A DNA stretch of 63,171 nt, filler included, from Pirum gemmata (GCA_002812295.1; 14 parts of 14 records of this genome joined end to end with filler, not necessarily neighbours in it); one strand, 5' to 3'. Positions 41,296 through 53,698 are shown, numbered from the whole stretch's first letter. Translations and numbers: made by a program. The notes: generated by a model from the sequence alone, not told the origin.

Positions 41296-41482
41296 AAAAA
41301 AAAAAACGACTTGGTATTTGTTCATGTATAATGGGAACGCAGATTATTGGATGTTTTATTGTTTTTAACTATTGTTAGTTACCTAGGTTATTTTATCGTT
41401 ATTTTATCTACTAGGTTATTTTATATATTTTATGGCTATTCTGTTCTATGATAGCTATTTATTTTGTTGTTAGTTCTATTAT

Positions 41483-41677
41483 CGTCTAATTCATTACAGT
41501 TGTTCTCTCAATCTTTAATTTGGTGCTGTTTAAGTGTATAATGGAGCTTATTTATAAAATACAACATTAAGTATAAAATACCAAATTAATTAAAACATGT
41601 CTGATAGTTTAACCATAATAATAATTTGGTACGTTTATTTCAGTTTTTTGAACTGGACAACACTATTGAAGAACACG
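41483..41677 (+). mobile_element. MITE family C copy
   Basis: AT|CGTC...GAACACG|AT; closely matches 57450-57643. Confidence 0.8.
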
Positions 41678-42297
41678 ATATAGACCCCGATCTATATCGA
41701 AGAATCCTAGCTAGTTAGTCCATCTTAGTAGCCAAGTATCGATATTATATAAACCAGTTTATAGAAAGTCTCGAACCAAATTCATATAAAAACCTAGTTT
41801 GTAATACACGAAATCCTTATACTTATCAAAAATTGCTATCCATTCTTTACAAACGGGGAAAATTAATCGATTATTAATAGACCACCGAGCAGGATCAACA
41901 ATTCAACTACATATGTTACAATTACTATGATGCTTATAGTAAGACATCCCCTGTGATATTAAGATTATCAACTTATAGATTATAATGATGAAATAAATGA
42001 TATAAATCTCTCTATATAATTATATGGGCATCGATTATGAAAAGAAAACGCAAAAAAAAAAAATGAAAATTATTGATAAAACAAGAGAAAAAAATATGTA
42101 TATAAATAGCTCACATGATTTGACTCAAAGCAACAAAAAAAACAAAACCAGAAAACAAAAACCAAAACCAAAAACCAAAAACAAAAAATAAAAATTTAGT
42201 TTGTAACTAAGTAATAATAATAAAAACCAATAACAACAACAATATCAAGATCTTTAGTTTGTAACTAAAAAGTAATAATAAAAAAAGTTTTAAAAAA

Positions 42298-43323
42298 ATG
42301 GGACAAGGACCAAGCCACCATCTTCCAACTGATGACTTAGTTAACGGACCTCTGCCACCTCTAAGTTATATTCAATATGAAGCAAACAGAAATTTTTGTT
42401 TGAGTGTAAGTCAGTTCCCACCAGTTGATGGTGCTGAGCTGATCTTACGAGACTGTACTGATGAAGGCACCCTAAATTGGAGGTACGAAGCTATACAAAA
42501 GGCCATGGTATTTGATTATAATGGAGAGTTTTATTGCTTGCAAAGTACACATAGAAATCACAATGGCGCCGCAATTGTAATCGGTCAGTGTGACGGTGGT
42601 CACGAAGAACAATGGACTTATAGTGGTTCTTATCAAAACCAACATTTAACGGCTGGTGACATATTTATCAATAATTATTTGGCAGGATCAATCGATTTTT
42701 GTTTAGATAACAAACATGGTATGCAACAAGCTGGCAATCAGGTATATGGATGGGATTGCCGAGGCAAAAAGCATCATCAGAGATGGAATATTATTTCTGA
42801 TCCTCGAGAAAGTCAATTTACACCCACTCTTATAAGATACGAAGCCAATAGTGATTATTGTTTAGGCTTAGAATCCTTTCCTGCTTTCTCTGGAACCAAG
42901 ACAATGCTTCAGCATTGTGGAGAGCCAGGTACTCAAAATTGGGATTACATTGCAGAAACAGAACAGATCATATATCAATTCCAAGGCCAATCTTTATGTC
43001 TAAATGCACACGGTTGGCACAGTAGTTGGAAATCATTAGATTTAGTTTTGCAACCGTGTGCAGATTCTAATCATCAAAATTTAAAAAGGGATCATATGGG
43101 CCGTATATACACTCCAAATATGAAGCAACACGGTTTAACTGGACCACGATATTGTATAGATAATACCCGTGGAAATCATGTAAATGGAAATAAAGTTAAT
43201 ATGTATCTTTGCCATGGTGATCACAATGGGGAAGTTCAAAACCAACAATGGAGTTTTGAGACACTTTCTGAATATGATGAGGATTTCGAGTACGATTCGG
43301 AAGTTATTGATGGATACAATTAA
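42298..43323 (+). CDS. Tandem ricin-B (beta-trefoil) lectin, two domains
   Basis: Intronless 341 aa with internal duplication (IQYEANRNFCL / IRYEANSDYCL), repeated CL-D...C...QxW motifs (EQW, QRW, QNW, QQW) and an acidic tail; TATATAAATA at ~42100. Confidence 0.88.
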   Translation: MGQGPSHHLPTDDLVNGPLPPLSYIQYEANRNFCLSVSQFPPVDGAELILRDCTDEGTLNWRYEAIQKAMVFDYNGEFYCLQSTHRNHNGAAIVIGQCDGGHEEQWTYSGSYQNQHLTAGDIFINNYLAGSIDFCLDNKHGMQQAGNQVYGWDCRGKKHHQRWNIISDPRESQFTPTLIRYEANSDYCLGLESFPAFSGTKTMLQHCGEPGTQNWDYIAETEQIIYQFQGQSLCLNAHGWHSSWKSLDLVLQPCADSNHQNLKRDHMGRIYTPNMKQHGLTGPRYCIDNTRGNHVNGNKVNMYLCHGDHNGEVQNQQWSFETLSEYDEDFEYDSEVIDGYN

Positions 43324-43744
43324 AATAACTAAAAAATTGAATAAATAAATAACTCACTAAATAAATAATATTTAATAAATAAATAATTAATTAATTAATT
43401 AATTAAAATAGATAAAATAAAGTAAATAAAATATAAGTAAAATAGAATAAAATAAAATAAAATAAAATATAAATAAAATNNNNNNNNNNNNNNNNNNNNN
43501 NNNNNNNNNNNNNNNNNNNNNNNTTAATTAATTAANNNNNNNNNNNNNNNNNNNNNNNNNNNNNNNNNNNNNNNNNNNNATAAATAAATAAATAAATAAA
43601 TATTCTAATTACTAATACCATATCGTTATATTATTGCCTTATTAGTTTGTTCCACTTCAAAAAAATTTACTGGCTATTAGGAAATTTGACAAAGACGTAT
43701 TTTACAGTGACCCAGAAATTAATATGTATTTTTGTAGAATTAGA

Positions 43745-45220
43745 GATCAAATGTTCGATTTAAAAAAGTTAATGAAAAAAGGCTCGGTTTATTATAAAGA
43801 CTCGTATACTTACGAGCTATATACAAACGATCCTTTTAATAGAGAAATGAACAAAGTTTTTGTTCATAAATAATCAATATGCTCGGATTTAAAAAATTGA
43901 TGGAAAAAAGGCCCGGTTTGGTAAAAAAATGAATAAGGTTTTCATTCATAAATAATAAATATGTTCGAATTGAAAAAAGTTGATGAAAAAGGTTCGGTAT
44001 ATTATAAAGACTCGTATACTTACGAGCTATATACAAACGATCCTAGTTCAATAGAGAAATGAATCAAAGTTTTCATAAATAATTAATATGCTCGATTTAA
44101 AAAAATGGATGGATAAAAGGCTCGGTTTGGTATAAAAATGAAAAAAGTTTTTATTCATAAATAATAAATATGTTCGAATTCAAAAAAATTGATGAAAAAA
44201 GGTTCGGTTTATTATAAAGACTAGTACTCGTATACTTACGAGCTATATACAAACGATCCTAGTTTAATAGAGAAATGAATAAAAGTTTTTAATCATAATT
44301 AATATGCTCAGATTTAAAAAAATAGATGGAAAAAAGGCTCGGTTTGGTATAAAAATTAAAAAAAACTTTTATTCATAAATAATAAATATGTTCGAATAGA
44401 AAAATTTTGATGAAAAAAGGTTCGGTTTATTATAAAGACTCGTATACTTACGAGCTATATACAAACGATCCTAGTGTAATAGAGAAATGAATGAAATAAT
44501 TAATATGCTCGGATTTAAAAAAATTGGGGAAAAAAGGCTCGGTTTGGTATAAAAATAAAAAAAAACATTTTATTCATAAATAATAAATATGTTCGAATTT
44601 AAAAAAAAAGTTGATGATAAAAGGTTCGGTTTATTATAAAGACTCGTATACTTACGAGCTATATACAAATGATCCTAGTTTAATAGAGAAATGAATAAAA
44701 GTTTTCATAAATAATTAATATGCTCGGATTTAAAAAATGGATGGAAAAAAGGCTCGGTTTGGTATAAAAATGAAAAAAAAAATTATTCATAAATAATAAA
44801 TACGTTCGAATTTAAACAAGTTGATAAAAAAAGGTTCGGTTTATTATAAAGACTCGTATACTTACGAGCTATCTAGTTTAATAGAGAAATGAATAAAAGT
44901 TTTTAATCATGCTCGGATTTAAAAAAATAGATGGAAAAAAGGCTCAGTTTTGATATAAAAACTAAATTCATAAATAATAAATATGTTCGAATTAAAAAAA
45001 GTTGATGAAAAAGGTTCGGTATTTTGTAAAGACTCGTATACTTACGAGCTATATACAAACAATCCATATAAAGTTGATGAGAAAAAGGCTTGGTTCGGTA
45101 TAAAAATAAAAGAAAGTTTTTATTAATAAATAATTAACATACTCGAATTTTTAAAAAAGTGAATAAAAAAAGGTTCGAATTTAAAAAATTGATGAAAAAA
45201 GGTTCGGTTTATTATAAAGA
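43745..45220 (+). repeat. ~210-bp tandem array, 7 units
   Basis: CTCGTATACTTACGAGC at about 43801, 44011, 44227, 44439, 44643, 44853 and 45033. Confidence 0.95.
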
Positions 45221-46370
45221 CCAAAACCCAACCACAGCTCCTATCGATATATTGTTAGTTGTTGGAGATGGGCTCTGTGGGAGGGATGACGAAAAATTTG
45301 TTATTGTTATTGTTGTTATTGTTATTGTTATTATTATTGTTATAATTGTTATTGTTATTGTTATAGTTATTGTTATTGTTATTGTTATTGTTATTGTTAT
45401 TGTTATTGTTATTGTTATTGTTATTGTTATTGTTATTGTTATTGTTATTGTTATTGTNNNNNNNNNNNNNNNNNNNNNNNNNNNNNNNNNNNNNNNNNNN
45501 NNNNNNNNNNNNNNNNTTATTTTTATTGTTATAATATTGTTATTGTTATTGTTATTGTTGTTGTTATTGTTATTGTTATTGTTATTGTTATTGTTATTAA
45601 TATATTGTTATTGTTATTAATATATTGTTATTGTTATTAATATATTGTTGTAGTGGAGGGTTGTGTATGATAAAGGTTTGAAAAGTGATATATTAGTTGT
45701 TTTGTTTCATTTTAATGAAAACAGAACCGTTTATATACCAATTTTTATTATTAAGTAAACTTTAACAGTAATTATAAATATATATATAATTACCCTACAA
45801 ACTACATAGATACGTATATATTTATATATATCCACATGGTCTATAATTTACACATATACATATATAAGGCTGTAAATATCAAACTTAACAATTATTTGTT
45901 AATTAAAGCTTAGAGAGCAAGTCACACCAGAGTCTCATCAAATCATAGTAATTTATAATTTAGAGACGGGGAAGGTTTCCCTAGTATCGAATCAGTGATT
46001 GCAATTAAACAGGGGAGGCTTTCTTCAACAGCAANNNNNNNNNNNNNNNNNNNNNCAATCAGCTTAAGTTAGACTATCATGAATAGACGCAAAATAGACT
46101 ATCATGAAAGACACCAACTGTACCAGCTCGAACCATCAAAGAATCACCTGGTGGACGACACTCCCCACAGATTTTTGCAATTGGCAAAAATCGAGAAGCA
46201 AGTAGAATATAGCTTTCGCAAAAGCAAACCTTTAATTCCAAAAAGAATTCAAAAAAGAAAAAAAAGAAAATAAAATAAAACTAAAAACTGGACCAAACAT
46301 TGTTTGCACCTGAAACTGGCTTAGTTGCATTAAACCGCAAAACTTCAGAAGAGAAAACGCGGAAGCGTAC

Positions 46371-46776
46371 CTAAGAACTTAAAGCAGAACCATCATAACA
46401 AAGCGGGCTAGCTATAACACAATAAAATTGTTTATACGCTGACCTACTATACTTATAATATATAGTTATCGCAATTAAGCTACCGAACGAGAAGAACGAT
46501 TGCGTCGTCGCTGCGAAACAGAACTGTTTACTCAACGCACGATTTTGTTTCATTAAATAACGATTTAAGTAACTTTTATCGCGAAAATCAGCGGCAAGAA
46601 TCTCCGACTGAGATCCGTCTGACCACAAAACATTGTACTTGACGATACCATCAATCTCTCGATGACTAAGGATTTTCTCAAAAGTCTGCAGTGGTGCTGT
46701 TTGGGCCTCTAATCACAGCATCCGCTCGAGTCCATTCATGGAGTTGTTCTCTAGGAACAGGGTGTAGATTAACAAT
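46371..46776 (-). mobile_element. Chromodomain fragment, likely chromovirus integrase C-terminus (frameshifted)
   Basis: Minus-strand frame reads TFEKILSHREIDGIVKYNVLWSDGSQSEILAADFRDKSYLNRY; preceded in another frame by HPVPREQL. Confidence 0.65.
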
Positions 46777-47489
46777 TTCTTTCTATCATTCCAGATAGAT
46801 GAACGACGAAACTCAGCGTCTGTTTGACGTTTGCAATCCCACTTTTTGTGGTGTCTGTCCTCAGCTTTCTTACCACACTCAGAGCATGGCTTCTTTAAGG
46901 TTCCTTCCTGCTGTTTGTGACTATCTGCAGATTTTTTTCTCTTGTTTTTACCTTTGTGAGACGAATCCTGGTCATCAGTTTCATGACGTTCAGACGTGGT
47001 TCTTTTTTAACCCTTACTAGCGGTGGCTTTGTGCAACTCATCATCACTGCAGGCCAGATGTTCCATTTTCTCGCTCAACATAATTGTGAGCACCCATACC
47101 GAAACTATGATGGTGGATGAAATCGCAAGATTATTAAACCCAAGTTATGGGGAAGGTGTGACATACCTTGCAGACAAAAGTTTGTTTATTCTCCAGAAAA
47201 TGGAACATCTGGCCTGTAGTGATGATGAGTTGCACAAAGCCACCGCTAGTAAGGGTTCAAAAAGAACCACGTCTGAACGTCATGAAACTGATGACCAGGA
47301 TTCGTCTCACAAAGATAAAAACAAGAGAAAAAAATCTGCAGATAGTCACAAACAGCAGGAAGGAACCTTAAAGAAGCCATGCTCTGAGTGTGGTAAGAAA
47401 GCTGAGGCCAGACACCACAAAAAGTGGGATTGTAAACGTCAAACAGACGCTGAGTTTCGTCGTTCATCTATCTGGAATGATAGAAAGAA
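46777..47489. repeat. Long inverted repeat: arms 46777-47071 and 47195-47489, 123-bp spacer
   Basis: Arms are reverse complements with about 5 visible substitutions; mirrored ORFs appear in the ORF track. Confidence 0.95.
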
Positions 47490-47508
47490 TGGGAAAACTA
47501 ATAAATGA
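47072..47508 (+). mobile_element. Gag-like fragment with a CCHC-type knuckle
   Basis: Charged linker then CSECGKKAEARHHKKWDC; GC content higher than host non-coding DNA. Confidence 0.5.
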
Positions 47509-47688
47509 AAATTAACACATAAATATTTTTTTTTGTTATTTTGTAGAAAACCAAAATTCAATAATAAATAAAAATAAAGATTTTGATANNNNNNNNNNNN
47601 NNNNNNNNNNNNNNNNNNNNNNNNNNNNNNNNTTAATTAATTAANNNNNNNNNNNNNNNNNNNNNNNNNNNNNNNNNNNNNNNNNNNN

Positions 47689-47719
<31 letters not shown>

Positions 47720-47771
47720 TCCCTAACCCTAACCCTAACTCTGAACCTAATGAAATTTTAACTTTTTATAC

Positions 47772-47886
47772 CTAAAACCCACGATAAGCTAATGACATAA
47801 TGCTTTTTGGCGGATCGGACAACAAAATTGGCAACTGTACCAACACTTGGAAGAGGTGATTCAACAATTTGCCGTTGTTCATTCAT
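47772..47886 (-). CDS. Probable first exon of an unknown gene
   Basis: ATG...MNEQRQIVESPLPSVGTVANFVVRSAKKHYVISLSWVL then G|GTATAA donor; the rest is off-contig. Confidence 0.4.
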
Positions 47887-49615
47887 ATTTTATTACGATT
47901 TATAAAGATTGTTGTTATTGTAGATAATATTATTATTATTGCAACTAGTGACTTGTTGTTGGTCGTTTCGTTGGTCGTTATTGGTTGTTGTTTGTTGTTG
48001 TTGAGTGTTGGTTGTTGCTGAGTGTTGGTTGTTGTTGAGTGTTGGTTGTTGTTGAGTGTTGGTTGTTGTTGAGTGTTGGTTGTTGTTGTTGGTTGTGGTT
48101 GTGTGTGCTTGCACTTGTGTTTGTGCTTGTGCTTGTTGTTATGAGTGTTGTTATGCGTTTAGTTATGTGTGTTGTCATTAGCTAGTTGTTATGAGTGTTG
48201 TTATGTATGTTGTTGCGTGTTGTGTTATACGTTATGTGTGTTGGGATATATGCTATGTGTTGTTGTGTTTCGTTATATGTGCTGTTGTGTTTTGCTATAT
48301 GCGCTTTTGTGTTTTGCTATATGTGCTGTTGTGTTTTGTTATATGTGTTGGTGTGTTTTATTTTTTGTGCTGTGTGTTATTACGCTTTGTGGACACTGTT
48401 CGTGGATGTATTGTAGACTATATATCAGACAGACTAAACTTTTAGACTAATTATGTAATGCAATTCCTGAATCAAGAAATGTGCGAAATAATGTGCGAAA
48501 TAATATGCGAAATAACATATATATATATTTTTTAAAAAAAATTTCCAGATAAATCTTTTTTTTTTTTTTCTAAAAACTAGCCAAAAAGTTTAAAAAAACT
48601 TGCTATTGGTTGATAATAGAGTTTTCTTTGTTAGACAATTTCTTAAACATGTTGGTAGTACTTTTATTAAAATTGGATCATTTTGAGATTTTTTGGATTT
48701 TTGAGCTTATAGTCTATGGTGGATGTCCCCATTTGTAGTCTAGCTAGACCTCCCCTCCTAGCTAGGTCTACTAGCTAGTAGCCTCCTCTCCAGTCTACTA
48801 GCTAGTAGTAGCTAGACTAGTCTAGGGTAGACTAGTCTAAATCAGGCTAACCCTAACCCTAACCCTAACCCTAACCCTAACCCTAACCCTAACCCTAACC
48901 CTAACCCTAACCCTAACTACTATGATAGCTCTACTAGATAGCTAGAGTCTACTAGTAGGTCTACTAGACTAGCTCTAGCTAGTCTAGCGTTAGTCTAGCT
49001 AGATACTATCAGATAGCTAGAGAGTCTACTAGCTACTAGAGGGTCTAGTTTTAAAAAATTAAAAAATAGCAAAATAAATTAAAAGCTGAGTAATTTATTA
49101 ATTTGGCAACTTATTTGTTTTTTAATTATGGTTTTATCAATGTTTTCATGGTTTTTATGATACCAAATAAAATAAAAAAATATATACTGAAAAGCGATCG
49201 ACTATATATATAATTATAAAAAAGACTAATGAAAATATTTTCGAGTCAAGCCAAGTTAAATCATAGTGCCGCTCTAACCGCTAGCTCTAGACCGCTAGAG
49301 CTAGTAGTTATTATTATTATTAAATATTAAAATGGCATTGTGTAATAATCAAATCAATTTATTTTATTAATTTTCAAATATATCTACTCTATCAATAGCT
49401 AGTCTACTAGCTAATAATAATAATAAAATNATAATAAAATATAATATATAATTTAATAGAATAAAATTTAATAGAATAGAATAGAATATAATATAATAGA
49501 ATTTAACTTTTAATATAATATAATTTAAATTTTAATTTAATTTAATTTAATTTAATTTAATTGTCCTCACATCTTGTCCTGTTATATATAATATTATAAT
49601 ATATTAAAGAAAGTA

Positions 49616-50606
49616 ATGGTCAATTTTCATTATGGGGCTAAGAAAGTTTTTACTGTTCATTATAAAATAATGCTCAGACCTTACATAACTTCGCATGTGC
49701 AGTTTAACTTGCAAAGAAATGTTGGAGATAAAAAAAATGACAAAAAGTTTAAACTTAAACCCATTACCGATGATGTACAGGAAACGGAGCAAGCAAAATT
49801 TGTATCACTACAATACTTGGTAAAAATAGGTATACTTCAGTATGGCCGTGGGAAAAGGCATAAAAGCCGAGAAACGGCTAAAGTTGGGAATTTTGTATTT
49901 CCTATTGTTAGTGGGGGTTCCAAAAATTATGGTTTCACTAATGAGCCAAACTTTGATGAAGCAACGAAAAAAATTACTATATCCTGTAGTGGATCTTCGG
50001 CGGGTTTGGTTCAATACTTCGAAAAACCAATTTTCGTTGGAATGCATGGAATGACTGTTTACTTAACGGACGAAACAATACTTTTAATGGAATATTTATA
50101 TCATAAATTAAAAGAACAAGAAAAGGAGGTTTTTTTTTTTTGTTGTATGATAATACTTTTATGTAGTTATATCCGAATTTTTTTATACCCGCAAAAAATT
50201 CTATACTCTCATTTGTTTCTTTTACTTGAATCATCAATTTTATTTTTTATCTAGCTTTATATAACAAGAACAAGAACAAAATCTCAATTTAAAAATTCCT
50301 ACACAAAGCCAAAGAAAAAGAAGAATTACCATTATATTAGTTTGTTATATTATAGAAAGATATACACTTATCGATAACTTTTTTTTTACTACATAGGTAA
50401 TGGAAGCAGTTCGAGTACAAGGAACAGGATCTTGTCAATATTTTTTAGAAACTTATACTAAAATTCAATTGATTTCTCTCCAAGAACAAAATATTTTTTT
50501 GAAAACACTACACATAAAGAAAAAAGAAGAATTGATTACAGATCATCAGCGGAAGATCGAAGAACTTGATAAAAAAATATGTTCCTACAACACAACTTTA
50601 ATTTAA
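49616..50606 (+). CDS. Type I restriction-modification specificity subunit-like protein (HsdS/Methylase_S, single TRD); exons 49616-50128 and 50397-50606
   Basis: RGKRHK...FPIVSGG...GFTNEPNFD...ITISCSGSSAGLVQYFEKPIF...EYLYHKLKEQEKE|VMEAVRVQGTGSCQ...LISLQEQ plus a coiled-coil tail follows the HsdS TRD and conserved-helix pattern. Phase-0 intron GAG|GTTTTT...CATAG|GTA, 268 bp. Confidence 0.75.
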
Positions 50607-51154
50607 ATATCATATAATGTAAAATAGAAACCATGCACAATAAAACTGTTTTGCGCAATGTGTGTGGGGTTTCTGACGCTGTATATTATTTAGATCTAGT
50701 AGTTCACTATTTTGACTCTTTTGTTATTGTTATTATCATTGCTTTGTCATTATCCATATTATTTTTGGTTTCTTTTTGTATCATGTGATTAGAATTAAAG
50801 AGTTCTATCGCTCTGTTAATAAAATAAAGGAATGGAAAAAAATAATGAAAAACAGGAGAATCAATACAAAACGTGTACCAAAAATTTTAAAAAGTCACAT
50901 AATGGATACCAATTGCAACCCCAAAGAAAATCAATAAAATATTGGTCTAACGAATTTCTATTAATAATTAATTAAAAACTAAAATTCTTTGGAACACAGT
51001 CAAACTTGTGGTTTTTCAGTGTTTTTCTATCATACAATACGATCAGTATTTTAATTAATTAATATGGTTAAAGAGTCCTAAAGTTAACCCGTGTGCTTGC
51101 TGTTCTTTGCCTTGTTTTGAAAGAAACATGAATTGTCTATATACTGTGTAATAT

Positions 51155-51537
51155 AGTGCTTTTCATTTATTTTGTCTTTCCGAATATTTATTTGGTTGGT
51201 TATAATATTTTAATTAATATTGTTTTAAATAAATAAATGGATGATAATTATACCAAATTACATGAAATGGATTTATATTGTATTAATTTGGTACTATTTA
51301 TTGTATATTTTATGATGACAAAACAACTGAAAAGCACGATAATTATATGATTATGATAGTGTATATATTATCTTTCCGGATATTTATTTGGTTGGTTATA
51401 ATATTTTAATTAATATTGTTTTAAATAAATAAATGGATGATAAAATATACTAAATTACATGAAATGGATTTATATTGTATTAATTTGGTACTATTTATTG
51501 TATACTTTATATGATGACAAAACAACTGAAAAGCACG
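51155..51537 (+). mobile_element. MITE family B: one complete copy plus a tandem partial copy
   Basis: AT|AGTGCTTTTCATTTATTTTGTC...GACAAAACAACTGAAAAGCACG|AT. Confidence 0.85.
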
Positions 51538-52704
51538 ATATATGATTATGATAGTGTGTATATGTGTGTGAAAGATATCGATAAAATAGTTTTTTTTTAA
51601 AAAAAAAAGAAACAAAGCTGCATAACATAATATTATTAATTATTATTAGTTTATATTTACAATAATTTTTAATTTTTAAATATCATACAAAAAACGTATT
51701 ATGCTTGACTCCTTCTATGTACATATTCATTTATTCTATATTTTTGGAAATACTAGGACATATAATATTATTATTTACATACATACAATTAAACACTTCA
51801 AAATAATTACTGACGGGCCATTGTGTATTCTTCTCTATCCCTTTTTGCATCTATGCATACACACAAGGAGATTATTAGATATCAACTTATAACTTTGTAT
51901 TATTATTCAACTACTTCACACACTAACTAAAGCTATAAAACTTGCTATGAGAATCACAGAAGTTTAGCGGTCGAGGTAGGTCTAAACAAGGCTGATGTTG
52001 TAACAGTTGTGACCAAGTCCACCTTGATTCTCTCAGGCTTGATTCTACTTGCCAGCAGGTCTGTTCTTTTTTAACCAATAAAATTTATGCTTGAAAAAAA
52101 GTTTTAAAAAATGGTTGGTGTAAAAAGTGTAAAAAGTAGACTGACAGGGAAACCAGAGCAGTAAAGCAGTAAGAAAAAGTAGCCGTAATACCATACTACT
52201 AGTATACTACTCGTCCCACTTGCCTAATACTAATCTAAAATTTTCTGAACTTCCATCAATCAATGACTTATAAATCGTCAATGACCATACTCCTTATTAT
52301 TGGTTAATAAAGCACCATAATGATGCCATTGATGATGTAATCAATGACCATACTCCTTATTATTGGTTAATAAGGCACCAAACCAAAATGATGGGGTAGC
52401 TTATTATCGATATGGTCATAGAAAATTAGAAATCATTTTTTTCGACTTCCTTCAAACTCGACTACTAAAAAATAAAAACTTTTAAAATTCTAACTATCCA
52501 AATTATTATTAAAAACTAGCTATTGGTTCATAACAGAGTTTTTTTTAGTTAAATGATTTCTCATATTTTGGTAGTACTTTTTATAAAAACTGGACGCTTT
52601 TTGAGATTTTGAGCTCATACTATGCTCTGTATTATGCCACGTTATATTTATTTTACCGTTTTGCAAATTACAAATGATTTACATGTCTAGCGTCGATATC
52701 AGTC

Positions 52705-53227
52705 AGCGCTTTAGTTGTTTTGTCATCCATGAAATATATAATAAAGAGTACCAAATTAATACTATATAAATCCATTTCATGTAATTTGCTATATTTTATT
52801 ATCTATTTATTCATTTAAAAACGTCAAATTAAATATTATAACCAACCAAATAAATATTGAGAGTGACAAAATAAATGAAATTCGAGTTTTCGGGCTCGAA
52901 CAGAATTGGGAGAGGCTTATTCTAAATGGCCATGGTTTTTTTCCACATTAGATTTTTGTGACGTAATCATTTTTCACTCGAAGGAGTAAAAAAAAAATCG
53001 GATCGAACCCATCTATCTATATATTATATATTATTATATATTATTGTGCTTTTTATTTATTTTGATACTCTGAATATTTATTTGGAAGGTTGTAATCTTT
53101 AAATTGACATTTTTAAAATCAATACATAGATAATAAAATATACCAAATTAAGTTAAATGGATTTATACTGTATTAATTTGGTACTATTTATTGTATATTT
53201 ATGATGACAAACCAACTGAAAAACACT
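52705..53227. mobile_element. Two family B MITEs in opposite orientation
   Basis: 52705-52880 (minus) and 53045-53227 (plus). Confidence 0.8.
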
Positions 53228-53698
53228 ATAAATACTAGTAGAGTTTACTAGTTGTTAATTAACTATCAAATCAGAAAAAAAATCTAACTACTCAACTACC
53301 CAACCAGTGTGATAGAGAAAGTGACTACAAGTGTCAAAAGAGAAAATTTAATGCACAGAACATCGTTAACCTTTTAAGAAACCAATTCATACTATAAACA
53401 TGATCCAAAGACAAAAATAACTTGATTATTAAATTAATTCCCAGGTAGTTTAAAAGTGCATCACTGTTATTATTATTATTATTATTATTANNNNNNNNNN
53501 NNNNNNNNNNNNNNNNNNNNNNNNNNNNNNNNNNTTAATTAATTAANNNNNNNNNNNNNNNNNNNNNNNNNNNNNNNNNNNNNNNNNNNNGGATCCAGGT
53601 TGTTAACCAAATAACCACTGCGCCACTTCGCAGCCCCCCCGGGGCATTTCGAACTGTTTTTGTTTCAAATTGGTTTTAATTCAACATATGTTCAGCGT

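Noticed and set aside
43745..45220. CRISPR-like array (palindromic repeat at regular spacing)
   Set aside because: The intervening sequences are themselves repeated, the period is ~210 bp, and no cas genes are present.
45650..46370. Possible PPT/LTR/PBS signals near the chromodomain fragment
   Set aside because: No second LTR copy in the window to define boundaries, and an N gap interrupts the region.
53591..53635. A-box-like GTGGCGCAGTGG on the minus strand next to the tRNA
   Set aside because: No D-stem partner and truncated at the contig edge; cannot call a tRNA or SINE.
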